A DNA stretch of 64,000 bases. Source: Malacoraja senta. Taxonomy: Eukaryota. The stretch covers positions 13,826,001 through 13,890,000 of the forward strand of contig CM075986.1 in the NCBI GenBank assembly GCA_038087875.1, given 5' to 3'. The position numbers and the translations under genes are program-made. This document shows positions 26,157 through 38,599 of the stretch, piece by piece. Positions within the stretch are counted from its first letter, which is position 1. Each line of letters begins with the position of its first letter. The notes under the pieces are model-generated. The model saw nothing but the letters and a program-made list of their open reading frames with translations. It had not been told where the DNA came from and searched no databases.

Positions 26157-26712
26157 GGGTGGCACAGTAGTGTAGGTGGTAAAGCTGCTGCCTCTCAGTG
26201 CCAGAGGTCTGGTTTGATCCTGACCTCAGGTTAAGTCTGTATGGAGTTTACATGTTCTTCCTGTGATTATGTGGGTTTCCTCTGGGTGCTCCAGTTTCTT
26301 TTCACATCCCAAAGACGTGCTGTTTTGTTGGTTAATTGGCCTCTGTAAATTGCCCATCTCCTGAGTGGATGCAAAAGTAAGTTTAACATAGAACTAGTGT
26401 GAATAGGTATGAAGGATGCTGGTTTAAACCAAAGATACATATAAAAAGTTGGAGTAACTCAGTGGGTCAGGCAGCATCTCTGGAGAAAAGGAATAAGTGA
26501 CATTTCGGGTCGTGACCCTTCTTCAGACGAGAGATCATCTGCAGAACGGTCTCGACCCGAAACGTCACCTATTCCTTTTCTCCAGAGATGCTGCCTAACC
26601 CGCTGAGTTACTCCATCTTTTTTAATCTATCTTTGGTATGAATGGGAGGGTCAGATTGGAGTCGGTGGGCCAAAGGGCCTAATTCCATGTTGTACCTTTC
26701 AATTAATGCAAT
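26157..26712 (+). mobile_element. HE1/V-SINE interrupted by a Penelope-derived palindrome (26414-26634)
   Basis: Head at 26157; tail resumes after duplicated GGTATGAA. Confidence 0.8.
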
Positions 26713-26804
26713 CAAACATGCTCTGTACTTTATTATTGCGAGTCTTTAAATTAGTTTTTGAACTGTTGCAGGTAACTTATTCTGTGTTGTTAAAAAGGAC
26801 AGCA

Positions 26805-27090
26805 GAGTGGAGCTGTAGGTAGTGCTGCTGTCCCTGGGTTTGGTTCTGAATGCTGCTCTGTCCATGTGGAGTTTGCATGTTCTCTCTGTGACAACATTAA
26901 TTTAACCCACATACATTGGTTTCCTTCCATATCCCAAATTTGTCACAGTGGGCAGATCACTGTATATTACTGCCAGCTAGGAGAATTAGGATGGATTTGA
27001 TGGGCATGTGAGAGAGAATAGGTAGATGGACATAAGCTTGTGAGTGGGATTGCTATGTGTGCTGGCATTGACTGAGTTTCATGGCCTCTG
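26805..27090 (+). mobile_element. Older V-SINE copy
   Basis: Diverged TGTGGAGTTTGCATGTTCTCTCTGTGAC core. Confidence 0.6.
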
Positions 27091-28089
27091 ATGTTGTTAA
27101 AAAAAAAGAAATAATATATGAGAAATAGCTTCAGTATTTCAGTAAAATTATAGGAGCAGCAGCAGAAAGATTCACAAGAGTAACACTGAAGTCTGTTGGA
27201 ATTTTGAAATGTAGACATGAAACAGTAATCTTATGTGAAAATTGAACTTTAACCATGAAATTGAGAGTACCTTAACTTATTGTACGTTAGATATTCATAG
27301 TTTTCTCCTCTGTATGTTCTGTAATAAAGTGAATTATTGCAGCCATTCAGTAGTTGGAGTAAAGATTCTGCCAGACTGCCCAAACACATTTTTAACAACT
27401 TTCTTTTTACTGCACCTGACGACTCTTGGACCAAATCTTTGAATTTGCTAATTATCATCTTTGACATAAAATAATTGAGATTAAAAAATGAAAAGACCTA
27501 AATGTGCTGCACAAGGTATATACAGAGATTGTTTTCTCAGGCTACCACTAGGCTAGTCTCTAAAAGGATAGTCATTCATGGTTGAGATGAGATGACATTT
27601 CTTCAGTGTAGTGAATCTTTGAAAGTACTGCTCGGTTGCTGATTGCATTTGAGATGGAGGTCAATAGAATTTTAGATATTAAAGAGTCAAGACATGGGGT
27701 TTGTGTAGGAAAATGGGGCTAACAAACTATTTTATTTTATTTTAAGGTAGAGCAAACCTGAGGATCTGAATGTACAACTTCTGCTTGTCATAGAGTCATA
27801 CAGGACACGGGGTCTTTGGCCCAACTTGCCCATACTGGCCAACATGTCCCAGCTACATTAATCCCACCTGCCCGTGTTTGGCCCATATCCCTCCAAACCT
27901 GTCCTATCCATGTACCTGTCTAACTTTCTTAAACATTGGGATAGTCCCTGCCTCAACTACCTTCTCTGGCAGTTCGTTCCATACATCCACCACCCTTTGT
28001 GTGAAAAAGTTACCCCTCAGATTCCTATTAAGTTGATTTAAGTTCAAATTCTATTTGTCAATTACCTTCCACAGACTCCCCTCCCCCCA

Positions 28090-28460
28090 CCCCCACTCCC
28101 AATGGCTCAGCACTTCAGCTATGCTCCCGAATCCAACCTTTCTGTCCTGGGCCTCCTCCATGGCCAGAGTGAGTCGCACCACTAATTGGAGCAGCAGCAC
28201 CTCATATTTTGCTTGGGTAGTTTACACCCCAGCAGTGTGAACATTGACTTATCCAATTTCAGGTGGTCCTTGCTTTCTCCCTCCTTCCCCTCCCCTTCCC
28301 AGCTCTTCCACAGCCCACTGTCTCCGCCTCTTCCTTTCTTCTCCCCCCCCCTCCCCCCAACAACAGTCTGAAGAAGGGTCTCGACCCGAAACATCACGTA
28401 TTCCTTCGCTCCATAGATGCAGCCTCACCCGCTGAGTTTCTCCAGCATTTTTATCTACCA
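28090..28460 (+). mobile_element. Penelope-like element 3' fragment: GIY-YIG endonuclease C-terminus, 3' region, hammerhead motif
   Basis: Translation LEQQHLIFCLGSLHPSSVNIDLSNF resembles vertebrate Penelope ORF ends; followed by CTGAAGAAGGGTCTCGACCCGAAAC at 28368. Confidence 0.75.
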
Positions 28461-29277
28461 CAGATCGCTTAACCAGTAGAAACGCTGCTGGAGCCCTATG
28501 TTGATTTTATCAACCAAGTCAGAACCAATAGAACTGGAGCCAAAGTAATTAATTCTCAATCTTGAAGGTCTACCCAACAATAAGAATTATTGTACAGCAA
28601 TAAGGAAATTATCAGCTGATAAAATGAAACAAAAGTTCTAAAAGTGGGCATTCTTTCTTCATTGAATACCTTTACCCAAATCGCTGCAATGACTAGTCAC
28701 TAGTGATTAACGTAAGTTTTTAATTCAACTCGGTAATACTTATTACATGGCACTGATGATTATTTCTCATTGGGCATAATTTGGATCTTGCACTTTTGGA
28801 GCAAAAGGGTTTTCAAAAAGATTGATTCTGTTTAGAGTTGGCTGATTTACATAGCAATTGTATTTTGTTTTTCTAAGGAAGTAGTCATTCCACATCAGAA
28901 GTAGTTGTTTCCAGTAGCTGGATGGCCGTGAACCAGGGAGCATGGATTTAAGGTGGTTGGCTAAAGAATCGGGGAGGAGACAAGGTGAAAAAAATGTACA
29001 CATTGAGTTACAATGTAGAATTATATGTCTAAAGCAGTTTTACTCGTAATTCTCAGATTTTTTATATTAAGGGATTCGAGGCATATTGGAGTTAGAGCAG
29101 GAAAGTGGCGTTGAAGTACAAGATCTTATCCATTGGCATACCAGGCACGTGAACGGGCTGCCTACTATTTCTTCTATATGGCTGGTTCTTCTTCTAAATG
29201 ACTAGTGCAGATATCTGGATATTGGACTGAATAAACTCCTCATCTGTGTGATTCTCCAATGTAACTCAGTAAATTAG

Positions 29278-29481
29278 GTAGACACAAAATGCTGGAGTAT
29301 CTCAGCGGGACAGGCAGCATCTCTGGATGAGAGGAACGGGTGACATTTCGGGTCGAGACGCTTCTTCAGAACCTGAAACATCACCCATTCCTTCTATCCA
29401 GAGATGCTGCCTGTCCTGCTGAGTTACTCCAGCATTTTGTGTCTATCTTCGATATAAACCAGCATCTGCAGTTTCTTCCTA
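29278..29481. mobile_element. Palindromic Penelope-derived mini-element
   Basis: Inverted arms AGACACAAAATGCTGGAG...CTCCAGCATTTTGTGTCT; hammerhead-like core on the minus strand. Confidence 0.8.
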
Positions 29482-30029
29482 TTCAGTAATATAAATTGTG
29501 CTTTGCTCTTTCTTTTAAAACAGCAGGAACTTTGTAATTGAAAAGTAAGAACCCGCAAGCGTAAAAGGAGTGGCAAATTCAGGTCACCAAATCACCGATT
29601 AAAATTGGGAAAGTACTTTAAGCCTCATTCTGTGTGTTTGAGCTGATTTGTTTATAATGTCCTATCATTAAAACTACAAATTGGCTGTGACGCAGTTAAT
29701 AATTTGGCAGCACTGCGTTTCCTCCGCGATCTCTGGTGTTCAGCTCTCCCACCTGTTTCCATGTAGGAAAACCTAGAAATTCCAAATGGTGTCCATTAAC
29801 AGGAAAGATGTATGTCAACAGCTGGAGGAAATGCATGGTTGGGTGAGGAACAGTTAAAGAAGGTTAACTGACCTGTCAGTCCTGGGTCGTGTGATTCCTT
29901 TTTTATTTATTTATTTCATTTTTTTCCCTTCATGAAGGTCTTACTTGGACAATTTACCATTTCCCCATATTGCCCATGTTTCCGTATGGCATAGAATGGG
30001 GCAAGTTAACTGCGGGATCTCTGATGGAT

Positions 30030-30303
30030 ATCAAAGTAATCCCGGCAGCCCATTCCCCCACTTATTTCCCTGTAACTTATTTTCTCCTACATGTCCATCT
30101 CCCCACAATTCTCCTGCTGCTTCATTAAGGGTAATTTACATTTGTCGAGTAACCCACCAACTCGTACATCTTTGGGTTGTGGGAAGAAACCTGAGCACTT
30201 GGAACCCATAAGAAGAACGTCGCACTCCACACAAGGAAGACCCGAGATCAGGATTAGACTCGGGTCACTGGAGCTGTGCATTTACGAGCTATGCTGCCAT
30301 CTG
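30030..30303 (-). mobile_element. Older V-SINE copy
   Basis: TGTGGGAAGAAACCTGAGCAC...CACTCCACAC motifs. Confidence 0.65.
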
Positions 30304-30479
30304 TACTGTATTATGCATTATAGTACTCTGCAGCAGGTGTACATTTATTTGACAATGGATAACATCCAGATTGAGCGTGGTCAGATCTTCATACACATCC
30401 AGTAGGCAACTATGGATGAAGAATGAAAAATACACTGAATTTATTTTACAGCACCCATGCACACCTCCCATCTCACCCA

Positions 30480-31166
30480 TTGCTGAGATCAAATAATGTT
30501 ATAAATCATAAGTGGAGCTTGTGGTCAACTTGATCTATTTGTCAAAACCTCTCTTCAGGTTAACTAATTGAGATATCATTGGATCTCAAATTTGATTAAA
30601 AAGGCATTTTGTATCAAATCTTTAACTTTTTCATTGGCGCACAACTATATATAACTTATCTCTTAAAATTGTACATGTTTCTGTTTTTGGAAACAAATAT
30701 TTAATGATGCAAGGGGATCCTTGGACTAATATTGCAAGTTTTTGGTTTGATTGGGGTATGAAGAGGTGATTATAGGGTGATGGGTTGTATATATGACTAA
30801 GAGATACTGTATAGTATATGAGGGTTTTTTCTTTTCTTTTTTTATTATTTTCTCTCTTTTGTATGGCTTTGTAAATATTTGATTAGTGTATAAATGTAAA
30901 TAATTTGGTGTACATATAGCTGCTTGGATACATATGGTGTACATATAGCTGCTAAATTTGTATAAGATAATTATAAGCAGTTGAATAAGGGGTGGGAATT
31001 AATAAGCTTTGGCTTCTTCCTGCTCCTTTTCGGACACATACGATTTCATTTATTTATAGATATTGTTTATGACACTTTATAAATATTCTTGTTTTGTTTT
31101 TTTGTATGCTGTTTCACACTTGCTATTTATTTTCTGTTCGAAATAAAGAATTAAATAAATAAATAA
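30480..31166 (+). mobile_element. Non-LTR retrotransposon 3' end (L2/Crack-like) with (TAAA)n tail
   Basis: AAGGGGTGGGAATTAATAAGCTTTGGCTTCTTCCTGCTCCTTTT stem-loop, AATAAA and (TAAA)n terminus; 5' boundary uncertain. Confidence 0.5.
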
Positions 31167-31503
31167 GAGCGATTAGGATGAATGGGCTTTTATTTGCTTG
31201 GGTTTAGAAGAATAAGAGGGAACGTCTTTGAATTGAAACATATAATCCTGGCTGGACCGGGCAGACTGGATGCAAGAAGGATGTTCCTGATTGTATGAAG
31301 TCCAGAATGAGGGACCGCGCTCTCAGGATGCAAGATGGGCGATTTTAGGACTAAGATGAAAGAGTGGAAAACCTGTGGATTCGACATGACAGTATGGTTA
31401 CTTCATTAACTCTATTCAAGAAGGCATTGGTTATAGTACTCATGACCAAAGAGATCTCGAGATATGGGGAGAAAGCAGGAAGAGGGATCGGAATGTTTCC
31501 ACT

Positions 31504-31805
31504 AGGGCGGCACAGTGGCGCAGCGGTAGAGTTGCCTTCCTGTGCCAGAGACCCGGGTTTGGTCATGATTGCAGGTGCTGTCAGTGCGGAGAATGCGCAT
31601 TCTCCCTGTGATTACGTGGGTTTTCTGGGTGCTCCAGTTTCCTCCCACATTCCAAAGTTGTGCAGATTTGTAGATTAATTGGCTTCTGTAAAATTGTCCC
31701 CAGTGTGTAGGATGTGAAACTGCGATATCATAGAACCAGTGTATGGGTGATTGTTGGATGGTGTGGGCAAAAGGACCTGCTTCCACGCTGTATTCCTAAA
31801 CTAAA
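31504..31805 (+). mobile_element. HE1/V-SINE
   Basis: GGCGGCACAGTGGCGCAGCGGTAGAG head; GGGTTTTCTGGGTGCTCCAGTTTCCTCCCAC core; CTAAACTAAA tail. Confidence 0.85.
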
Positions 31806-32422
31806 ATTACTGTCATATAATTCCAATATTTTGTCCACCTCCATAATAGTTACAATGCTGTTTTTGCAGTAGTATTTGCAGCCTTGTCATAACAATCTTT
31901 GTTACTCTTCCAATGTTCCCATTCAGCACTATCACCTTCAGCAGCTTAACATGATTTAATAAAAACCTGCATGAAAGTGCATTGGCTGTGAAAAAAGAAA
32001 TTGAATCCTGCAGTTTTGGCATTCAAAAATACGCAAATTTTATTCCCAAAACACCGGAACAATTTTACTAAATTGCTTTAAATCCATTTTCTCCAAGAGT
32101 AGTCCTCTGAGCTGATGTAGATCAAATCTAATTCCTTGCTTGTCCTTGAGGCAACATGTTTCCTTATAGTTTAATTATGAAAGAAGGCTTTTTTTTTTTG
32201 TGGCAGCATCTGTTTTGAGAGATTTAATTCCGTTTTTTAATTGCTTTCATTCTTCCAAATTGTTAATTATGCCAATACGTATAATAAAAAAGTATAATAA
32301 ATATTTATGGGCATTGAACAAGGATTGAAGGAATTCTTACAAGCACATCTTTCCATAGAACTGGTGCTAGAAACCTGGTGCAGGTACAGATGGAGAGTCG
32401 AGTTGCATTGGTCAGAAGTTAA

Positions 32423-32882
32423 AGGGCCTGTCCCACTTGGCGATTTTCTTCGGCGACTGCTGGCGTCATATCAAGTTTGTGGAATTCTCTGCCTCAGAGG
32501 GCGGTGGAGGCAGGTTCTCTGGATGCTTTCAAGAGAGAGCTAGATAGGGCTCTTAAAAAAAAAAATAGCGGAGTCAGGGGATATGGGGAGAAGGCAGGAA
32601 CGGGGTACTGATTGGGGATGATCAGCCATGATCACATTGAATGGCGGTGGTGGCTCAAAGGGCCAAATGGCCTACTCCTGCACCTATTGTCTATTGTCTA
32701 TTATCAGTGTCGCCAAAAGATTTTGAACATTTCAAAATCCAGCGGCGACAAAAAAAATGTTGCGACACTTGAAAAAACACATCCGCGTCATACGTCATCA
32801 CGCCGCGTATTTTTCGGTGATCTGGTACGTAAGTCAATGATGCCGGCAGTCGCCGAAAAAATCGCCAAGTGGGACAGGCCCT
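32423..32882. mobile_element. Harbinger-like MITE (TIR AGGGCCTGTCCCACTTGGCGATTTT...) with a nested CR1 3' end (~32478-32702)
   Basis: ~38-bp TIRs; flanks TAA/TTA; CR1 tail inside flanked by TATCA. Confidence 0.8.
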
Positions 32883-33974
32883 TTACTTCTATCTCCAGGC
32901 AGTTTATGCTAATTCCTAATACGCCTTGACCGCATTGCCTCGGCAAGGCCACCAGCATAATCACGGACGAGTTGCACCCCGGCCACTCCCTCTTCTCCTT
33001 CTCCCATCAGGCAAGTTGTATAGAAATGTGAAAAGGCAGACCATCAGATTCAGGGACAGTTTCTTCCCAGCTGTTATCGGGCAACTGAATCTTCTCACCA
33101 CAACCAGAGTACAGTGCTGAACTACTATCGACTTATTTAGCTATTATCAAGCAGCTGAACCATCCTACCAACAACTAGAGAGCAGTCCTGAGGTTCTATC
33201 TACCTCATTGGAGACCATTGGACCATCTTTGATTGGACATTATCTTGCACTAAATGTTATTCATGTTATTCCCTTTATCGTGTATTTGTGCACTGTGGAT
33301 GGTTCGATTGTAATCAAGTATATCCTTTCCGTTCACTGGTTAGCATGCAATCAAAGCTTTTCATTGTACCTCGGTACACGTGACAATAAACTAAACTGAA
33401 CTTGTCACAGTCATACAGCGTTCTTCGGCTTACTATGTCCACACCAACTTACCCATCAATACTAGTCCATTTGCCCACACTGGGTTGTATGCCTTGCCTA
33501 TATAAGTGCATGTCTAAATGCCTCTTAAACATCGAAATAGTATCTGATTAGTATTTGATTTGATTACTACCACTTGGGTTTTTTAATTGCAAGTTACTGA
33601 CTGCATCTTTCTTTTCCTGTAACTGCCGTTGGCCCCATTTGACAGACCTTCTGGCTTTCCCCCATTAATGTCTGTTTTCACAGAGGCTAAGATCTGTCTG
33701 GGTATAATTTATTCAGGAAGAATCAGAGATTCGTCACTGTTTCAGACCATTTCTTTTTTTGCAGTGCACGTATCCAGTCTCCAACTATCTTTCTCACCAA
33801 TTGTGCTGTGAAAACGGGACCACTCCTTTGGCTTTTGTCATGTTTTTTTCCCAGGGCTGATAGGGAGTCCTTGTACAACACAGTGCAAAAAATAAGTCTT
33901 TCCTTTCACTGGCCTTGCCCAGAAGTTTGTAGATAGATGCTAATCCACCCATTTCCTTTGCGTCTCCTCAACAG

Positions 33975-34039
33975 GCAGATCCATGAGGTGCAAACCCACA
34001 TGGGGCGGCTGGAGAAGGCGGAAGCACAGTCTGTTCACT
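33975..34039 (+). CDS. GOSR2: GOSR2 coding exon 2 (QIHEVQTHMGRLEKAEAQSVH)
   Basis: Pyrimidine tract + CAG acceptor, GTGAGT donor, 65 nt; matches human [21 protein letters not shown]. Confidence 0.95.
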
Positions 34040-36759
34040 GTGAGTATTCGTAATTAAGAGATGTAAACAGAGTCTGCCTGGTGCCAAGTCAGGGGATGGG
34101 GAGTGGTGTGGGCATAAACCTTTGCCAAAAGAAATAATGATAATGTTTTCCTCCTGGTGGGGTTCCTTATTACGTTGCATTTTACGAGGTGACACATCCA
34201 ACAACAATAACTTGTATTTGAATAGCGCCTTTAATGCACTGAAAATTTCCGAGGCGCCTCACAGGAGCGTAGTCAAATCTTGTTTGATAAAGAGCCACAA
34301 GGAGGTACTTGGCTAGATGTGTGGCAGAGTTTAAATGACTTGAAGGAAGGAAAAGAGGTGCAAACATTTAGCAAACAAAATTCTGTGCCTGGGATTTTGG
34401 GGGGGGACGGTTACGTTCAGCATTGATTGGGAGGCCAAATTGGAGGAACACAGGAAATTGTGGAGCTTGCTAATTGTGGAGCAGGGGGTCTAAATTGGAT
34501 CATTTCGAAACAAATTAAGATTTAACATAATTGAGGATGATGAGTAAAATGTACAGCGAGTTAGGGCGAGTACTGCAGCATTCTGATATCAAGTTTGTAA
34601 TGAGCAGAATGAAGGTGTGTACAGTGTACCCTTGTTATAGTGGACCATATGAGGGGAATGGTGTCCTTTATTGCTGATTGTCCGCTGTAGCCAAGTAAGG
34701 GATAACCATTGTATCAGTTGTAGAAACAACCAATGCCAGGTGCTGGTTAATACACAAAAGGACACAAAGTGTTGGGTTAACTGAATGGGTCATGCAGCAT
34801 CCCTGGAGAATAGGGATAGGTGACGTTTCGGGTCGAGATTCCTCTTCAGACTCTCGGTCTAGAACTGGGCCCGGAATCCAGGTGAGTTGATGATCCTGGC
34901 TTGGTGGCAGCCGGGGAGAGGTGTGGGTTGTCGGGGTCATTGGTCGCGGCCTGCGCCCGGAGTGCAGGCAAGGGTCGGCATGACCTAGAAGCAGCCAAGG
35001 AAGCTGTGTGGGCCGACGGTGGCGGTAGTAGATCTGCCTTCGCGGCAGCCAGGGAGGCGTCTGCAGCCCAGCCTGGTGGCAAAGGTCAGTAGCCTGGCCT
35101 GGAAGCAGCGTCAGCAGCCCGGCTTGGTGGTGAAGGTCGTTAGGTCCGATCACTTTATTGGATTCACGGACGGTCCTTGTTTCAGTATTATTCAGGCCCA
35201 CTGGCTCAACTCTTCTGATGCATTGGTAACCATATTGATGTTGCTTCCTGGACTCGTACAACACTTGAAAATGTCATTACTTTTGCTGCCAATTTACACC
35301 CAGCTCTCACTTTCACATGGTCCAGATCCACAGTAGATTCAAACTTGCCTGCTTTCTCTTCCAACCTTGAGGGACCCAAACATCTCTTTTAGCTGAAGCA
35401 ATTTCTCACTTGCACTTCTTCCAATTTTAGTGTGTTGCATTTGGTTGTCACCTCAACATTGGAGAACCAAATACCGATCAATTGTCCAGTTTGCTGAATA
35501 TCTTCTTCAGTCAGTCTTTAAGGAGACTGATTATCACAGATATTCATTCTCTTCTGTCCACCCCTCGCTCTCACTGCAACCTGACATGTTTGCTTGCTCG
35601 CATTTCTAGTTCTGATGAAGACCTTAACCCATTCTTTTCCCACTTATGCGACGTCAGTACTTCCAGGACTCCCCATCTTTGCTTATTGTAACTTGTAGAA
35701 GAAGTGGGACTGAGCTGATATTATGCTTGGGTTTCCGGGCTCTGAAGAAAAAGCTTTTGTAACTGAAATTCGTGTACCTCAGTCTTATTTCACTATATAG
35801 ACTTAAAAGAAAATCTTACAAAGGAAGGTAATGGAATATTGAGGATGATAATTCTTTCTTCTTGGCAGGATACATGTTTGTTTTGATCTAGATTAAGATG
35901 AGTCTACATAGCCTGATATTCCAGCTGGATTCTGGAATAAACATCACTGACTGCACCAGTGTGAAATTTCCATTTGGAAGCAGAATATTGCAAATGCTGG
36001 AAATGGACAAAGGGTCATCAACCTGAAATGTTAACTCTGCTTATCTTTCAACAGATGTTGCCTGACCTGCTTCTGAGTGTTTCCAGCATTTTTTTTTCTC
36101 CTTTCATACTTGTGCTCAGAGGAGTAAAATGCCAGTTTCTCCACTGTAAATTTGTAGCTGAAAGGAAACCTCTTATCCTTGGAAGAATTCTTTCCCATAT
36201 ACTCTCCAGAACATTCAAATACATAGTGAGCAGAATTGAATGCAGCACTCCAAATTTGTCCTCGTCAATCTTTTACACCTCTTCAACATAACATGTTTTT
36301 CTATTCTAGATTTTATTTGCTTCACTAATTTCTTCCGCAAAGTATCAAAGAAAGCTGTGGCCTTCTCATTGTCCTTGGGTATCCCCACTGTCCAATGTCC
36401 TGCTTACGTCTTCTCTCTGTTATTGCTTATGAGCCAATTTCCCATCCCTGCAATTGTTTTAATTCCATGTGCCTCATTATTCTTTAACAGCCTTTTAAGA
36501 GGAATTTGTCAAATGTCTCCCGATAATCCATGGAGATTCATTTGTTTTCCTCCATCATCTGTTACCTCATCAAACCAGATTGGTGTGACATGATTTTCCT
36601 TTATCAAATTGTGACTTAGTAACTCAGATTTCTACCAGATGCCTAATTGTGCCCTCATTATTGGTTTAAAAAATGTCTACAACATTGAAATTAAATGGAC
36701 CTAGTTATTAGGAGGCTTTTTTCCTGTAGGGATCATTTTCATGACTTTAAGGTTCATCT

Positions 36760-37110
36760 TGGACCTTTACAGCCACTGAAGTTTTTTTCTTTAAGTGTAG
36801 TTCATTTTTCAGTTAGAAATATAGCAGTCAATATGTACAAAGTAAGCTCATTTGTACAAACTAATTTGTAATGACCGGATAAATTACAGAGGAATTGGCA
36901 GAGGAATAAATAATGAATGGTCAATAACGTCCCTATTTTTTAATATAGTGGCGTAAAGTCCTTTGTGTCCACCTGAAGCATATGATATTGTTAAGGCTTA
37001 TCAAAAGACTGCACCTCTGAATACAGGATCTCTTTCAACACTTGATTGGGAACGTCAATCTTCGGTTTTATGCTCAAATTTAACTTGTATCCATAACCTA
37101 ACCTGAATAT
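36760..37110 (-). mobile_element. Ancient Deu-domain SINE just upstream of GOSR2 exon 3
   Basis: CTTTACAGCCACTGAAG...GTCCACCTGAAG...AAAGACTGCACCTCTGA, diverged reverse complement of the 63.5-kb copy. Confidence 0.55.
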
Positions 37111-37276
37111 TACCAGTGATCAGCTACTATCATAAGATGTATACACTATTTTTCATTACAAGTATACAGCTGGGTTGGCATGTTGCTTACCTGTAATATT
37201 AATTGAGGAGCTTGTGTAAATCTCCCATTATTTCTTTCATTGTTTTAATAAACTGACAATTCTGATGCTTCTACAG

Positions 37277-37385
37277 TGGTGGAAAACGAAATCCAAGCCA
37301 GAATAGATCAAATATTTAGCAGTTTGGAGCGACTAGAAATATTGACAAGCAAAGAGCCACCAAACAGACGGCAGAATGCCAAGCT
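37277..37385 (+). CDS. GOSR2: GOSR2 coding exon 3 ([37 protein letters not shown])
   Basis: CTACAG acceptor, GTAAGT donor, 109 nt; near-identical to vertebrate GOSR2. Confidence 0.97.
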
Positions 37386-37843
37386 GTAAGTGCGAAAAGT
37401 TATTTTATATTCTTACTTATTTATTCAGAATAATTTTGAATATTTCCAACAAAAAAATCCTAGTCCTAAAAAAAGCTGATTAAGTTGGTGAGTTTTGTGG
37501 AGTTGTTTGTTTGAGTTTCAAATATGTCAAAATAGGACCAAAATAATCAATTGTATTTGTCTGGAAAACAAGGTTATTTTGAATGTTAGTTGTAATAATG
37601 GTGAAACAATTGACTTTACCTCCACAATGCAGTCACGACTGCATAACATATGTAATTGGATGCTGGATTAAATCATTTTGTATATGCAGCTTCCAACCAT
37701 CTTGTGTTTTTGCCGAGTCCAAAGTGCTGTCTGAAATCTCCCTGATCAATGGGCCCTCCACAATAACTTTTGCACTGATGTTTTCACAATATCTGTTAAC
37801 TTTGGTTTTAAATGGCATTCAGTGCTTCCCTTCTCTCTTCTAG

Positions 37844-37976
37844 CCGAGTGGATCAACTGAAATATGACTGCCAGCACTTACAAACGGCTTTAAAAAATTT
37901 CCAGCACCGCCGCTATACACGTGAACAACAGGATCGAGAGCGCGAGGAATTATTGCTACGCACGTTCACAACTAAT
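37844..37976 (+). CDS. GOSR2: GOSR2 coding exon 4 ([44 protein letters not shown])
   Basis: Pyrimidine tract + TAG acceptor, GTAAGG donor, 133 nt; frame continuous with exons 3 and 5. Confidence 0.97.
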
Positions 37977-38599
37977 GTAAGGATTAATTAATGCTGCTTT
38001 ATCCTATGTTAGTGGAAGTGGTTGCCAGTATTCATAATAGGAAAATTAGGTGGTACCCTACATTCGAATAACAATGTTTTCCGTGTGGGATGGTGTAGAT
38101 TTGCACCTATGTAAGGCCTTTATATGTTAGAGTTGGTGAGGCTTGCTGATGTTGCCCAAAACAGAAGGAGGTACATCCAGCTTGGTTTGCCACATCTGTG
38201 GTGACATGATTAGCTTTGGTGATCGCCCCCTGCACTGGAGCGGATAGTGGGTAAACACAAGAAGAAGGGAAACCGACATGCAAGAAAATCCCCATTCATC
38301 TAGTGGATGATTCTGCCTCTTTATTTTGGAAAGAAACCGCAGGTGTAAACATGTGTATGCCCTGAAATCAATGGGAGGAATGCATAGAGTAAACTTACAA
38401 CCTGCTGCAAGCTTTCTGTCAAAAGGTGTTTATGAGCTGAGTGCTTGCTTTCAGATAGAAAGTTATCAGTTTTATAAAATTATAGTACCTAATTAATCAC
38501 ATATTTTCTCCATTAGATTGTGTGGAAGATAAGCGAGTCATGTTAAAATGATCCCTTTATGGTATCTTGTATTATGAAGATATTTGTATGGATTGCTGC

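Noticed and set aside
31504-31575. tRNA-like sequences at SINE heads
   Set aside because: Continue into the V-SINE body and CR1-type tail; not tRNA genes
34668-35264. 198-aa ORF
   Set aside because: Runs through a GC-rich tandem array and a Penelope terminus; no domain recognised
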